From contig OY730415.1 in assembly GCA_963422635.1 (NCBI GenBank), positions 1,139,343 through 1,203,342 on the forward strand: a stretch of DNA of 64,000 nt. The letters are read 5' to 3'. Numbering within the stretch: the stretch's first letter is position 1; each line of letters opens with the position of its first letter. Shown here piece by piece: positions 54,774-63,800 of the stretch. The position numbers and the translations under genes are program-made. Under the pieces are notes generated by a model. That model did no database searches and was not told the origin of the DNA. It worked only from the letters and a program-made list of their open reading frames with translations. The stretch is from Dehalococcoidia bacterium. Its GTDB lineage: Bacteria; Chloroflexota; Dehalococcoidia; Lucifugimonadales; UBA3495.

Positions 54774-55340
54774 ATGAGTATTAACTTTAGCGACCTTAGT
54801 CGCAATATGGTTATTGAGCTGGACGGCCAGCCTTGGCAGATTATGGATTATGAGCGGCACAAGATGCAGCAGCGCGCCCCGGTTACTCGCATTAAGATGA
54901 AGAACCTCATCTCCGGCGCGGTGGTGGAACGTACCTTTCAACGCTATGATACCGGCTTTACCGTGGCCGAGATCGACAACCGGGAAACCCAGTATCTCTA
55001 TACTGACGGCAGTTATTACTACTTCCTGGACCAAGAGACCTTCGACCAGTATGAGCTGACCAAAGAGCAGCTGGGTTCTACTCTGGATTATCTGAAAGAG
55101 AATATGCTGGCGGAGATGGTGTTCTACAAGGGTTCGCCGATTAATGTCAACCTGCCGACCCACGTGGAACTGGCGGTGGTGGAAACGCCGCCGGCCTTCC
55201 GCGGCGACACGGCCCAGGGCGGCAACAAGCCGGCTACGCTGGAAACTGGGCTGCGGGTCAATGTGCCGATGTTCGTCGTCGCTGGCGCAGTGGTGCGAGT
55301 GGACACGCGTACCGGCCAATATACCGAGCGGGTCAGCTAA
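54774..55340 (+). CDS. efp: Elongation factor P
   Basis: 188 aa with the typical EF-P N-terminus and the loop containing KMQQRAPVTRIKMKNL. Confidence 0.95.
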   Translation: MSINFSDLSRNMVIELDGQPWQIMDYERHKMQQRAPVTRIKMKNLISGAVVERTFQRYDTGFTVAEIDNRETQYLYTDGSYYYFLDQETFDQYELTKEQLGSTLDYLKENMLAEMVFYKGSPINVNLPTHVELAVVETPPAFRGDTAQGGNKPATLETGLRVNVPMFVVAGAVVRVDTRTGQYTERVS

Positions 55341-55344
55341 CGCT

Positions 55345-56697
55345 TTGGTTTTCCCCCGGCAGGAAGTTCTCACCGTCAGCCAGGTGGCGGTTCATCTGCG
55401 GGAACTGCTGGACAGCAACTCCTTTCTGTCCGATCTGTGGATTGTCGGCGAGGTATCGAACCTGCGCGCCTCCGCTACCGGCCATTCCTACTTTACCCTC
55501 AAGGACAGCGGGGCGGGGCTGAACTGCGTTCTCTTTCGCGGGCAGAGCGGCGCCGGGATGCTGGAAAACGGCAGGTCGGTGCAGACTCATGGTCGGATGA
55601 GTTTTTATGAGCCGCGGGGTTCCACCGACTTTATGGTTGACCGGGTGTTGCCCCAGGGGGAAGGTGAACTGGCCCGGGAGTTGGAACGGCTGCGGTCCCG
55701 CCTGGGGCAGGAGGGCTTGTTTGAGGAGTCGCGCAAGCGGTCGCTGCCGCAATTCCCCCGGGTAATCGGGGTGGTTACCTCTCCTACCGGGGCGGCTTGG
55801 CAGGACATCCAGAACATCATCCGCCGCCGCTATCCTTTGGCTGCCCTGTTGCTCTCACCGACCCAGGTTCAAGGGCTGGATGCGGCCCCGGCCATCGCCG
55901 CCGCGCTGGAGCGGCTGGATGGGGATGGCGGCGTCGATGTGATAATTGTGGCCCGGGGCGGCGGCTCGCTGGAAGACCTGTGGCCCTTTAACGAAGAGGT
56001 AGTAGCCCGGGCCATCTTTCGCAGCCGGGTTCCGGTGGTGAGCGGCGTGGGCCACGAAACCGACTTTACTATTGCCGACGAGGTGGCCGACCGGCGCGCT
56101 CCGACTCCTTCGGCGGCGGCGGAGTTGGTGGTCCCCGACCGGATGATGCTGCGTCAGACGCTGGCAGCTTGGGCCGAACAAACCGGTCGGGGAGCGTTGC
56201 GCACGGTGGAGGCCAGACGAAGCGAGGTATCAAACTTGGCGCGCCGGCTGGAATCGGGCCGGCCCGATTTGGACAACTGGAAACGGCAGGTGGATGATCT
56301 GTCGGAGGCGGTCAACGGGAGCTTCAGGAATCGGTTGATGCTGGCCCGGGTGGAAGTGGCCGGGTTGGGAAGCCGGCTGCGGACTTTAGACCCGGCGGCG
56401 ACCCTGCGCCGGGGCTTTGCGGTGGTGCAGCGCAAGGACAATGGGCAGGTAGTAACTAATATCGGGCAGGTAACCGGCGGCGACGCTCTGACCGTCGCCG
56501 TGGCTGACGGAACTATCCCCGCGGTCGCACTCGACGGAATAACTGACCGGGGCGACGTTGACCAAACTCCGGCAGCCGAAACTTCCGCCCCGGAACCGGT
56601 TCCCGAACCCGCCCCGAGGCCGAAACTACCGGTTAGAACAACTCGCCGGGGTCGGCCAAAACCGGCCGAGCCGCCGGAGATGGAGCGGCTGCTGTAG
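55345..56697 (+). CDS. xseA: Exodeoxyribonuclease VII large subunit
   Basis: LTVSQVAVHLRELL OB-fold N-terminus, GVVTSPTGAAWQDI and IIVARGGGSLEDLW. The start is uncertain (TTG 55345). The part of ORF 55144-56697 that overlaps efp is not coding. It has a Pro-rich C-terminal tail. Confidence 0.88.
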   Translation: MVFPRQEVLTVSQVAVHLRELLDSNSFLSDLWIVGEVSNLRASATGHSYFTLKDSGAGLNCVLFRGQSGAGMLENGRSVQTHGRMSFYEPRGSTDFMVDRVLPQGEGELARELERLRSRLGQEGLFEESRKRSLPQFPRVIGVVTSPTGAAWQDIQNIIRRRYPLAALLLSPTQVQGLDAAPAIAAALERLDGDGGVDVIIVARGGGSLEDLWPFNEEVVARAIFRSRVPVVSGVGHETDFTIADEVADRRAPTPSAAAELVVPDRMMLRQTLAAWAEQTGRGALRTVEARRSEVSNLARRLESGRPDLDNWKRQVDDLSEAVNGSFRNRLMLARVEVAGLGSRLRTLDPAATLRRGFAVVQRKDNGQVVTNIGQVTGGDALTVAVADGTIPAVALDGITDRGDVDQTPAAETSAPEPVPEPAPRPKLPVRTTRRGRPKPAEPPEMERLL

Positions 56698-56847
56698 GTC
56701 GTCGGGTTGCCGGCGGACGGGGGCAGCCCGCTTAAATCCTGGTCTTTCTCCCGGAGATTGCCGCAACTGTTTTGTTCGCAAGCCAATTGACAGGTCGAGG
56801 TTGGCGTTCTTAAAGTGTTGCTAGTTAGGGATGGGAGTTGCTCAATA

Positions 56848-57171
56848 ATGACAACCATGCCGCCGGAAACTCTGGAAAAGGTTAGGGACATTTTTGAGGC
56901 AACCCTCAACGAGCGCTATGCCGGGGAACTGGTTTTCGACCCGATATTGGTAAGGCCGGACGTGGATTACTAGGGGGATGAATATCTGCGCGTCCTGCTG
57001 GTGGTCAATGGCGACCCTAACTTGTTGGACGTGAAATGGGACGTTGGCCTGATTCGGCGGGTTATGCTCAAGCTGGAAGCGGAAGGGATAAGGGAGTTTC
57101 CGTCCCCGTCCTTCATTGATAAAGCCGAGTACCAGTACTTTCTGCGCCGGGGAGAAGTTGACACCCTCTAA
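56848..57171 (+). pseudogene. Small partner gene of the HEPN-like ORF, with an in-frame TAG (56971-56973)
   Basis: My translation: MTTMPPETLEKVRDIFEATLNERYAGELVFDPILVRPDVDY*GDEYLRVLLVVNGDPNLLDVKWDVGLIRRVMLKLEAEGIREFPSPSFIDKAEYQYFLRRGEVDTL*. There is a single frame either side of the TAG, and the 3' end overlaps the next ORF. Confidence 0.45.
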
Positions 57172-57634
57172 TTTCATCGACACGTCCCTAGACTTGGTCA
57201 ATGCAACCGGGCGGGGGCGTCCCCGACAAACGAACTTGCGCCGGGCGGTCAGCGCCGCCTACTACGCTATGTTCCATTGCCTGGCCTCCTGTTGCGCCGA
57301 TATACGGGTTGGCGGCGCCGGGGCTGACCGCAGCGAACCTGCGTGGCGGCAAGCCTACCGAGCGCTGGAGCAGGGCGCCGCCAGGCAGCGTTGTAACCAC
57401 CGTCAGTTTATTCGGCGGTTTCCGGCGGGCGTTCAGGACTTTGCGGCAAAGTTCGTGGGGATGCAACAAAAACGCCACACGGCAGACTACGCCCCGGATG
57501 GAACCTTTGCCAAGATCGACGTTCTTAGGGACATAACGGCCGCCGCGGAAACCATCCGACAGTTTCAGCGAGTTCCGGTTAAAGACCGGAGGGCCTTTGC
57601 GGTGTACGTCCTGTTGAGCGTCCGGAAAAACTGA
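57158..57634 (+). CDS. HEPN-domain-like protein (putative toxin)
   Basis: NLRRAVSAAYYAMFHCL and QQKRHTADY resemble the two conserved HEPN (PF05168-type) helices. The start is taken at TTG 57158, which overlaps the upstream stop; the ORF-track start is 57116. Confidence 0.55.
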   Translation: MTPSNFIDTSLDLVNATGRGRPRQTNLRRAVSAAYYAMFHCLASCCADIRVGGAGADRSEPAWRQAYRALEQGAARQRCNHRQFIRRFPAGVQDFAAKFVGMQQKRHTADYAPDGTFAKIDVLRDITAAAETIRQFQRVPVKDRRAFAVYVLLSVRKN

Positions 57635-57681
57635 ATCCCTTTACTCATTACTCATTTCGTCAGCCGAGGTTTTGCCGAACT

Positions 57682-58005
57682 ATGCTTGAACCGCAGAACT
57701 CAGAAAGACTCTTGTCCGACCTCCAAACCCTCTCCTTTGAGGAGGCGTTTACTCGGTTGGGGGGTATGGTGGAGACCCTGGAATCCGGCGGACTGCCCTT
57801 GGCCCAGGCGGCGGAGCTTTTTGAGCAGGGGATGACGTTAGTTCGGCGGTGCAGTGAGCTTCTGGAGGAGACCGAGTTGAGGATTTCCCTGGTTCGGGAT
57901 AACGCTGGCGCCCCGACCGGCGGCCAGCCTTGGCCGGATGATTCGGATTTGCCGCCGCCGGATGACGAATGGATCCCGGATGAAGATTTCCTTCGGGCGG
58001 ACTGA
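57682..58005 (+). CDS. xseB: Exodeoxyribonuclease VII small subunit
   Basis: LSFEEAFTRLGGMVETLESGGLPLAQAAELFEQGMTLVRRCSELL. Confidence 0.9.
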   Translation: MLEPQNSERLLSDLQTLSFEEAFTRLGGMVETLESGGLPLAQAAELFEQGMTLVRRCSELLEETELRISLVRDNAGAPTGGQPWPDDSDLPPPDDEWIPDEDFLRAD

Positions 58006-58008
58006 CGG

Positions 58009-58839
58009 ATGCTGAACATCGGCTGGTTCTCCAGTGGGCGGGGGGAAGGCTCCCGTGGCTTGTTGCGGTTTGTTCACCAGCGGCTGGAGCGGGACCTGCC
58101 GAAGGCTCGGATCCGGTTTGTCTTCAGCAATCGGGCGCCGGGGGAGGCGGAAGGCTCGGATGAGTTTTTCCGGCTGGTGGATTTCTGCGGCATTCCGCGG
58201 ATAAGTTGTTCCTCTGCCGAGTTTCGCCGTACTCGCGGTTCTGCTGGCCGGCGTTGGGCCGAATTGCGCCCAGAGTTTGACCGGCTGACGCTGGACGCTC
58301 TGGCCGGATATGAACCGGACCTCTGCGTTCTGGCCGGGTATATGCTGATTGTGGGGGGCGAAGTGTGCCGCCGCTATCCGATGCTGAACCTGCACCCGGC
58401 CTTGCCCGACGGCCCCATCGGAACTTGGCAAGAGGTCGTCTGGACGCTGATTCGGGAACGGGCTTTCCATACTGGGGCGATGATTCACCTGGCAACTGAG
58501 GAGGTTGACCGGGGGCCGGTATTGTCTTATGGCACTGTTCCTATCACCGGCCCGGATTTCGACCCGGCTTGGCAGGTTCTGGTCGGGTCGGATTTGGAGT
58601 CGATAAGAGGGGTGCAGGGCGAGGATTTCCCCTTGTTCCGGCAGATACGCCAGGCTGAATACCGGCGGGAACCCTATCTGCTGTTTGAGACGCTGCGGGC
58701 GGTGGCCGAAGGTAAGGTGGTCGTCCGGGATGGGCAAGGGTGGGACGCCGCTGGGCAACCCTTGGTCGGGTCTTGGCCCCAGGGCTTGTGTCTGGACGCT
58801 GAAATTGACCGGGCGATGGCGGCAGACGGTTTGGTCTGA
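58009..58839 (+). CDS. Formyltransferase-domain protein (PurN-like, atypical)
   Basis: GWFSSGRGEGS, PDLCVLAGYMLIV, LNLHPALP and HLATEEVDRGPVL are collinear with the PurN fold but diverge from the NxHPSLLP consensus. Confidence 0.6.
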   Translation: MLNIGWFSSGRGEGSRGLLRFVHQRLERDLPKARIRFVFSNRAPGEAEGSDEFFRLVDFCGIPRISCSSAEFRRTRGSAGRRWAELRPEFDRLTLDALAGYEPDLCVLAGYMLIVGGEVCRRYPMLNLHPALPDGPIGTWQEVVWTLIRERAFHTGAMIHLATEEVDRGPVLSYGTVPITGPDFDPAWQVLVGSDLESIRGVQGEDFPLFRQIRQAEYRREPYLLFETLRAVAEGKVVVRDGQGWDAAGQPLVGSWPQGLCLDAEIDRAMAADGLV

Positions 58840-58899
58840 AGCGCGTTCGGTCCAGGGGACAAGGGTCGGGGAAGAGAGGGAGCGGCGGTCGGCGGTCAG

Positions 58900-60228
58900 T
58901 CAGGCGGATTGTTGGAGGAGGCCCGGGTGGAGGGGGATGTGGTCGCCGTTGGGGGTCAGCAGCTGGGGCGTTCCTTGTCCTTCGATGGCGTCCCGGTCAA
59001 CGACGCAGCGGGCGATGTTCTTGAGGGAGGGCATTTCGTACATCACGTCTAGTAGGGTTTCCTCGACGATGTAGCGGAGGCAGCGGGCGCCGGTGTGGTG
59101 GCTCAAGGCTCGTTCCGCCGCGGCTTCTAGCGCCCCTGGCGTAAACTCCAACTCTACGCCATCGATGCTGAACAGGCGTTGGTATTGCTTGGCGATGGCG
59201 TTTTTCGGCTCGGTTAGCACCCGCACGAGGGCTTCCCGGTCCAAGGGTTCCAAGCTGGTTACTACGGGCAGGCGGCCTACCATTTCCGGAATGAACCCGA
59301 ACTCTAGCAGGTCTTCCGGGGTTGCTTGGGACAGGATAGCGCCGACCTCGGTCTCTGGATTTCCCTTGCTTCGGCTGCCGCCCAAGAAGCCCAGTTGGGA
59401 GCCGGCGGTGGCGATGCGGCGGGATATTAGGTCGCTGAGGCCGTCGAAGGCGCCGCCGCAGATGAAGAGGATGTTGCGGGTATTAATCTGGAGGAGCTCT
59501 TGTTGAGGATGTTTGCGGCCGCCTTGCGGGGGTACGTTGGCGATGCAGCCTTCGATGATTTTGAGCAGTTCTTGTTGGACGCCTTCCCCGGAGACGTCCC
59601 GGGTGATGGAGCGGTTGACGCCCTCCTTGCGGGCAATTTTGTCGAGTTCATCGATGTAAATGATGCCTTGCTCCGCCCGGGTTATATCCCAGTCGGCGGC
59701 CTGGATGAGCCGCAACAGGATGTTTTCTACGTCCTCGCCCACATAACCGGACTCGGTGAGGGAGGTGGCATCACAGACGGCAAATGGGACGGCGAGGGTG
59801 CGGGCCAGGGTTTCGGCCAGGAGGGTTTTACCGCAGCCGGTGGGGCCCAGCAGCAGGATGTTGGCTTTTTGCAGTTCTACGTCGGAGTTGTCGGCGTCGG
59901 ACCAGATGCGCTTGAAGTGGTTATAGACGGCGACGCTCAGGGTTTTTTTAGCCTGTTCCTGGCCGATGACGTAGGCGTCCAGGTTGGCGTAGATTTCCCG
60001 GGGAACCAGGAGGCTGTCGCGGGGCGCCAGGGCGGGAGGTTGGGGGCTTTCCGGTTCAATCAGTTCGCCCAGCGCACGGATGCAGTCGTAGCATACGGAG
60101 GCGCGTCCTTGACCGGCCAGCACCAATTCGGCGCTCGCCCGGCTTTTTCCGCAGAAGGAGCATTGGATTGGTCGGGCGCTGTCTCTACTCCCGGGGCCGG
60201 AGGAGCCTTTGCCTCTGGGATTAGTCAC
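58900..60228 (-). CDS. clpX: ATP-dependent Clp protease ATP-binding subunit ClpX
   Basis: CSFCGK...CYDC zinc module, [13 protein letters not shown] and IIYIDELDK. Confidence 0.97.
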   Translation of the reverse strand: MTNPRGKGSSGPGSRDSARPIQCSFCGKSRASAELVLAGQGRASVCYDCIRALGELIEPESPQPPALAPRDSLLVPREIYANLDAYVIGQEQAKKTLSVAVYNHFKRIWSDADNSDVELQKANILLLGPTGCGKTLLAETLARTLAVPFAVCDATSLTESGYVGEDVENILLRLIQAADWDITRAEQGIIYIDELDKIARKEGVNRSITRDVSGEGVQQELLKIIEGCIANVPPQGGRKHPQQELLQINTRNILFICGGAFDGLSDLISRRIATAGSQLGFLGGSRSKGNPETEVGAILSQATPEDLLEFGFIPEMVGRLPVVTSLEPLDREALVRVLTEPKNAIAKQYQRLFSIDGVELEFTPGALEAAAERALSHHTGARCLRYIVEETLLDVMYEMPSLKNIARCVVDRDAIEGQGTPQLLTPNGDHIPLHPGLLQQSA

Positions 60229-60516
60229 GGTTCACCGCTGCCATATTAATATAAAGGGAACGTAGGGGAACTATTGGTATACCATACCGGATAGGGGGTT
60301 CAGATAGCCGGTTCCATTTTTTCGCTGGGCACCGCTTCCGGTTTCTGGGCCGGGGGTTTATGCCGGTATTATTGGCGTAGTTCGCCGCCAACCGCTCAAA
60401 GGAAAGAAATGACGCTACTCTCTGACCCCAGCCCGGCTCCCCTGGGGAGTGGGGGTAAACTTTCTCTCTTGCCCTGGGGTGAGGGTGAGGATGAGAGGGC
60501 GTCATACTTTTTGGGA

Positions 60517-61188
60517 CTAGGCGGCCTTATCCGACTCGTCGGCGGCGCGGCCCACGCCGCCCAAAATCTCGTCAACCAAGCCATAATCGACCGCTTGTTC
60601 CGGGGTGAGGTAGTTGTCCCGGTCGGAGTCCAGGGCTATTTGGTCGTAGCTTTGGCCGGTGTTTTCGGAGAGGATGGTGCGCAGCCGTTCCTGGAGGCGG
60701 GTAATTTCCCGGGCGGCGATCTGGATGTCTGAAGCTGATCCCTGGGTGCCGCTCTGGGCTTGGTGCATATGCACGGTGGAGTTGGGCAGACAGTAGCGCT
60801 TGCCCTTGGTTCCGCCGGAGAGCAGGACGGTAGCCATGCTGGCGGCCATACCCACGCAGACGGTGGAAATTGCCGGGGATACCATGCGCATGGTGTCGTA
60901 AATCGCCAGGCCCGCAGTGATTGACCCGCCGGGGCTGTTGATGTAAACGCTGATGTCCCGGTCGGGGTCTTCCCGTTCCAGGTACAACAATTGGGCGATT
61001 ATGGTGTTCGCCACTTGGTCCATTATGGGGGTGCCCAGGAAAATAATCCGCTCTCTGAGGAGCAAGGAGTAGATGTCAAAGGCCCGCTCCCCTCGGGGGC
61101 TGGTTTCAATGACCATGGGTATGATGTTTTGGGGAACGACCAGGGACGATTCAAAGGGGTTATCTTGCATTGGGTTCCGCTCCTTCAT
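60517..61188 (-). CDS. clpP: ATP-dependent Clp protease proteolytic subunit
   Basis: INSPGGSITAGLAIYDTM (catalytic Ser) and VHMHQ (His). The start is possibly ATG 61170. Confidence 0.95.
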   Translation of the reverse strand: MKERNPMQDNPFESSLVVPQNIIPMVIETSPRGERAFDIYSLLLRERIIFLGTPIMDQVANTIIAQLLYLEREDPDRDISVYINSPGGSITAGLAIYDTMRMVSPAISTVCVGMAASMATVLLSGGTKGKRYCLPNSTVHMHQAQSGTQGSASDIQIAAREITRLQERLRTILSENTGQSYDQIALDSDRDNYLTPEQAVDYGLVDEILGGVGRAADESDKAA

Positions 61189-62683
61189 CGCTGTCTTCCG
61201 TTTCCGAGGGGTCAGCTTCGTTGGTTGGGCCGGCCGGGGGAGCGGCCGGGGTTCCCGCTGGGTCGGCTTCCGCTACGTTTATGTTTTCCGCTTCTTCCGT
61301 CACTGAGGCCGGCTCCGACCTTAAATTCGAGTTCGGATCCGGGTCCGAGTTTAAGTCGGATGGCGATGCTGTCGCCGCGGCGGCGGCTTCCGTCCCCTGC
61401 CCCTGGACAATCTCCACCAAACGCTGCATTACCTTGCGGTTGAGCAGGGAGGCGCGAATGGATTCCTGGGTGTCTGCGGAGTTGAGGGCGCGGCGCATGG
61501 CGGCGGCGTTTTCCTCGGAGGAAGAGGCGATCATTGAATCGACTTCTTCCTGGACTTCCTCCGGGGCGACTTCTATTTCCTCTTGCTGGGCCAGCTTGCG
61601 GACTACCAGCATACGGTTGAGCCGGTCTATGGCGGCGGGGCGCAGTTCTTCCTGAAATTCCGCTTCGGTCTTGCCTACATAGCTCAGGTAGGTGTCCAGG
61701 TCCAAGCGCTGGTTGCGGAGCATCCGCTCGCGTTCTTGTTGAAGGTTGCGGATTTCGCGTTCCAGCAGCAGGTCCGAGGCGCTGATGGTGGCGTTTTCCA
61801 GCAGCGAGGCCAGGCTGCGTTCCTGGAACTCGTAATCGGATTGGGATTGGGCCTCGTCGGTAATGCGTTCCTGCACGTGAGCGCGCAGGGCGGCCAGGCT
61901 TTCGAAGCCTTCGCCGACGCCCTTGGCGAACTCGTCGTCCAGTTCCGGCAGTCGTTTTTCCTTGATGGAAAGGGTCTCGACCTGGAAAGCTACGTCTTGG
62001 CCGGCGTATTCGGGGCGGGGATAGTCCTCCGGCACGGTCAGGATAAAGTTCTTTTGCTGGCCTTCGGACATCCCTTCCAGGTAGGCGGCAAAACCTGGGA
62101 AGGGGAGCACGTTCTCCGGCTGGGGGATGTAGTCGACGCCCACGTCGTTGACCAGTTGTTCGCTGGCGATGCTGCCGAGAACGTTCAGGTTCAACAGGTC
62201 GCCGAACTGAACCGGACGGCTGACCGGTTCCCAGGGAGCCGCTTCGGCGCGGAGCCGTTCCAAGACTTGGGATACCTGTTCGTCGGTGATTTCCACTGGC
62301 TCTTTTTCCAGGCGGAGGTTGTAGAAGTCGCCGAGGCTGACGGTCGGTTCCAGGGGTATGGTGGCGGTGAAGGAAACTGGTTCCAGTTCGGTGACCTCGA
62401 CCCGGGGTTCGACGAAAGCCTGGAGTTCTTCTTTCTGGAGGGCCTGGTTCAGGGTTTCGGGGATCATAAAGTCCAGGGCTTCCTGGAGCAGGGCGGTGCG
62501 GCCGATGTAGTTTTCGACGATGGAACGGGGGGCTTTGCCTTTGCGAAAACCGGGGATATTGAGGCGTCCGACGGTTCGGCGGTAGGAACGGTCGATGTAT
62601 GGGTCTTCGTCCGCGGTGTCCATTTCAATGTTTAGGGTGATTTCCGTTGGACTGGACGATTCCTTGGTAATTTTCACCGCCAT
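61160..62683 (-). CDS. tig: Trigger factor with an acidic low-complexity C-terminal tail
   Basis: MAVKITKE...NIPGFRKGKAP and a PPIase-like middle domain. The ~80-aa tail is ...SDLNSDPDPNSNLRSEP...ETEDSDEGAEPNAR. Confidence 0.93.
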   Translation of the reverse strand: MAVKITKESSSPTEITLNIEMDTADEDPYIDRSYRRTVGRLNIPGFRKGKAPRSIVENYIGRTALLQEALDFMIPETLNQALQKEELQAFVEPRVEVTELEPVSFTATIPLEPTVSLGDFYNLRLEKEPVEITDEQVSQVLERLRAEAAPWEPVSRPVQFGDLLNLNVLGSIASEQLVNDVGVDYIPQPENVLPFPGFAAYLEGMSEGQQKNFILTVPEDYPRPEYAGQDVAFQVETLSIKEKRLPELDDEFAKGVGEGFESLAALRAHVQERITDEAQSQSDYEFQERSLASLLENATISASDLLLEREIRNLQQERERMLRNQRLDLDTYLSYVGKTEAEFQEELRPAAIDRLNRMLVVRKLAQQEEIEVAPEEVQEEVDSMIASSSEENAAAMRRALNSADTQESIRASLLNRKVMQRLVEIVQGQGTEAAAAATASPSDLNSDPDPNSNLRSEPASVTEEAENINVAEADPAGTPAAPPAGPTNEADPSETEDSDEGAEPNAR

Positions 62684-62859
62684 TCGCTCCATCAAAGGTT
62701 ATACTGGGGGGCACCCTGCCTTGCCCAGCGCATTGGGTTGCTGCGCTAGGGGTTAGAAAACCGGATTATAGCATAAACCTAATCGGGTTAAAAGGGCGGG
62801 CGGTCACTGGCCTTTTCGGGTTGGTGAATTGGATGCGACATTAGAGGAGCCTTCCGGCC

Positions 62860-63759
62860 TTACCCGCCTTGAAAGCGCTCGCTAAAGCTTCGGACCAGCT
62901 CCTCGTTGCCTTCCCAGGTTAGGCGTCCGGAGGCTAGGGCGGCGTCCGGCGTCAGCCGTCCGTACAGCGTCATCACGCAGGTTTCGCCGTCGCAGCGGAA
63001 GGTTACGTCCGCTGCGTCCGTTCCGCTGGGTTTGAGTTGGTGGCAGGGCTCATCTTGCCCTTCTTTCCGCCGCTCAAGGGGCGTCGGTTGAAGGAGGGCG
63101 CCTTCCGATGAAAGCGCCAAGTCGTACTGAACCTCTGCGGGATGCTGGACCAGGAACCGGAAGCGCAAGGGCTGGGTCAACTCGGGATCGGAGCGAAAGG
63201 CTCGCCGCGCTGCGCGAGGCGCGGTATCCATCAAGACCCGGACGCTGCCTGGGGACAGCCGGTAATCGGGGTCGAACCGGGAGCAGACATCCCAGGCGTG
63301 CATCGCCAGTTCGCTGATGCGCATATCCAGCATGGTTCGCACTGGCTCTGGTCCCGGCGGCCAGTAGCAAAGCGTATCCCACAGTTCCGGTTGTTCCGGG
63401 TCGATGCCGGAGAACACGGCCACTGCCTCGTCCAACCGTTGGAACAGGGTATCCAGGAGCTGGTCGCCTACCTGCGCCCGGGTGGTAAAGGCTCGCCGGA
63501 AAATGTTTTGAGCGAATTGGTCTTCGTCGTGGTCGGTTATTGGCGGGGCGCCCGCCGGCGGGGAAATATCGCCTTGCAGTCCGCGGGTTATGCGGAGAGC
63601 AAAGTCTTGGCCGACCAGGTGGGCCACCACGTCGGCGACGGTCCAGCCCTGGCAGGCGCTGGGCTGTTCCCAGCCATCGGGGGGCAAGGCGGCCAGCCGT
63701 CGCTGGAAGTCGGCCGTTTCCTGCCGCAGTAGGTGAACTCGTTCCGCCGGATTTTCCAT
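62860..63759 (-). CDS. DinB/MDMPI-family (mycothiol-type maleylpyruvate isomerase N-domain) protein
   Basis: LAALPPDGWEQPSACQGWTVADVVAHLVG is the typical TIGR03083 N-terminus; 299 aa. Confidence 0.75.
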   Translation of the reverse strand: MENPAERVHLLRQETADFQRRLAALPPDGWEQPSACQGWTVADVVAHLVGQDFALRITRGLQGDISPPAGAPPITDHDEDQFAQNIFRRAFTTRAQVGDQLLDTLFQRLDEAVAVFSGIDPEQPELWDTLCYWPPGPEPVRTMLDMRISELAMHAWDVCSRFDPDYRLSPGSVRVLMDTAPRAARRAFRSDPELTQPLRFRFLVQHPAEVQYDLALSSEGALLQPTPLERRKEGQDEPCHQLKPSGTDAADVTFRCDGETCVMTLYGRLTPDAALASGRLTWEGNEELVRSFSERFQGG

Positions 63760-63800
63760 TCCTGACTCCTTATACGTAGTTACACCCGGGTTAAACCGGG

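Noticed and set aside
55144-55344. N-terminal extension of the xseA ORF overlapping the last 200 nt of efp; similarly the 36412-36645 extension of yraN over rnhB.
   Set aside because: The extensions are out-of-frame overlaps with well-supported genes and have shadow-like composition. Family-typical N-termini begin downstream.
8597-56973. Possible genome-wide stop-codon reassignment (amber or opal read as sense), suggested by four in-frame stops.
   Set aside because: TAG, TGA and TAA all terminate conserved housekeeping genes at the expected C-termini (TAG: ThrC-like gene, first MFS gene, Ldh_2; TGA: lysA, CysO-like gene; TAA: msrB, holB). The in-frame stops occur only in accessory genes and involve all three codons.
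60229-60516. 289-bp clpP-clpX spacer containing GGTGAGGGTGAGGATGAG and CCCCTGGGGAGTGGGGG motifs, considered as another repeat family or small ORF (60221-60505 minus).
   Set aside because: Only one copy is present in this window. The ORF product (PHPHPRAREK...) looks like translated repeat DNA. There is not enough evidence for a feature.
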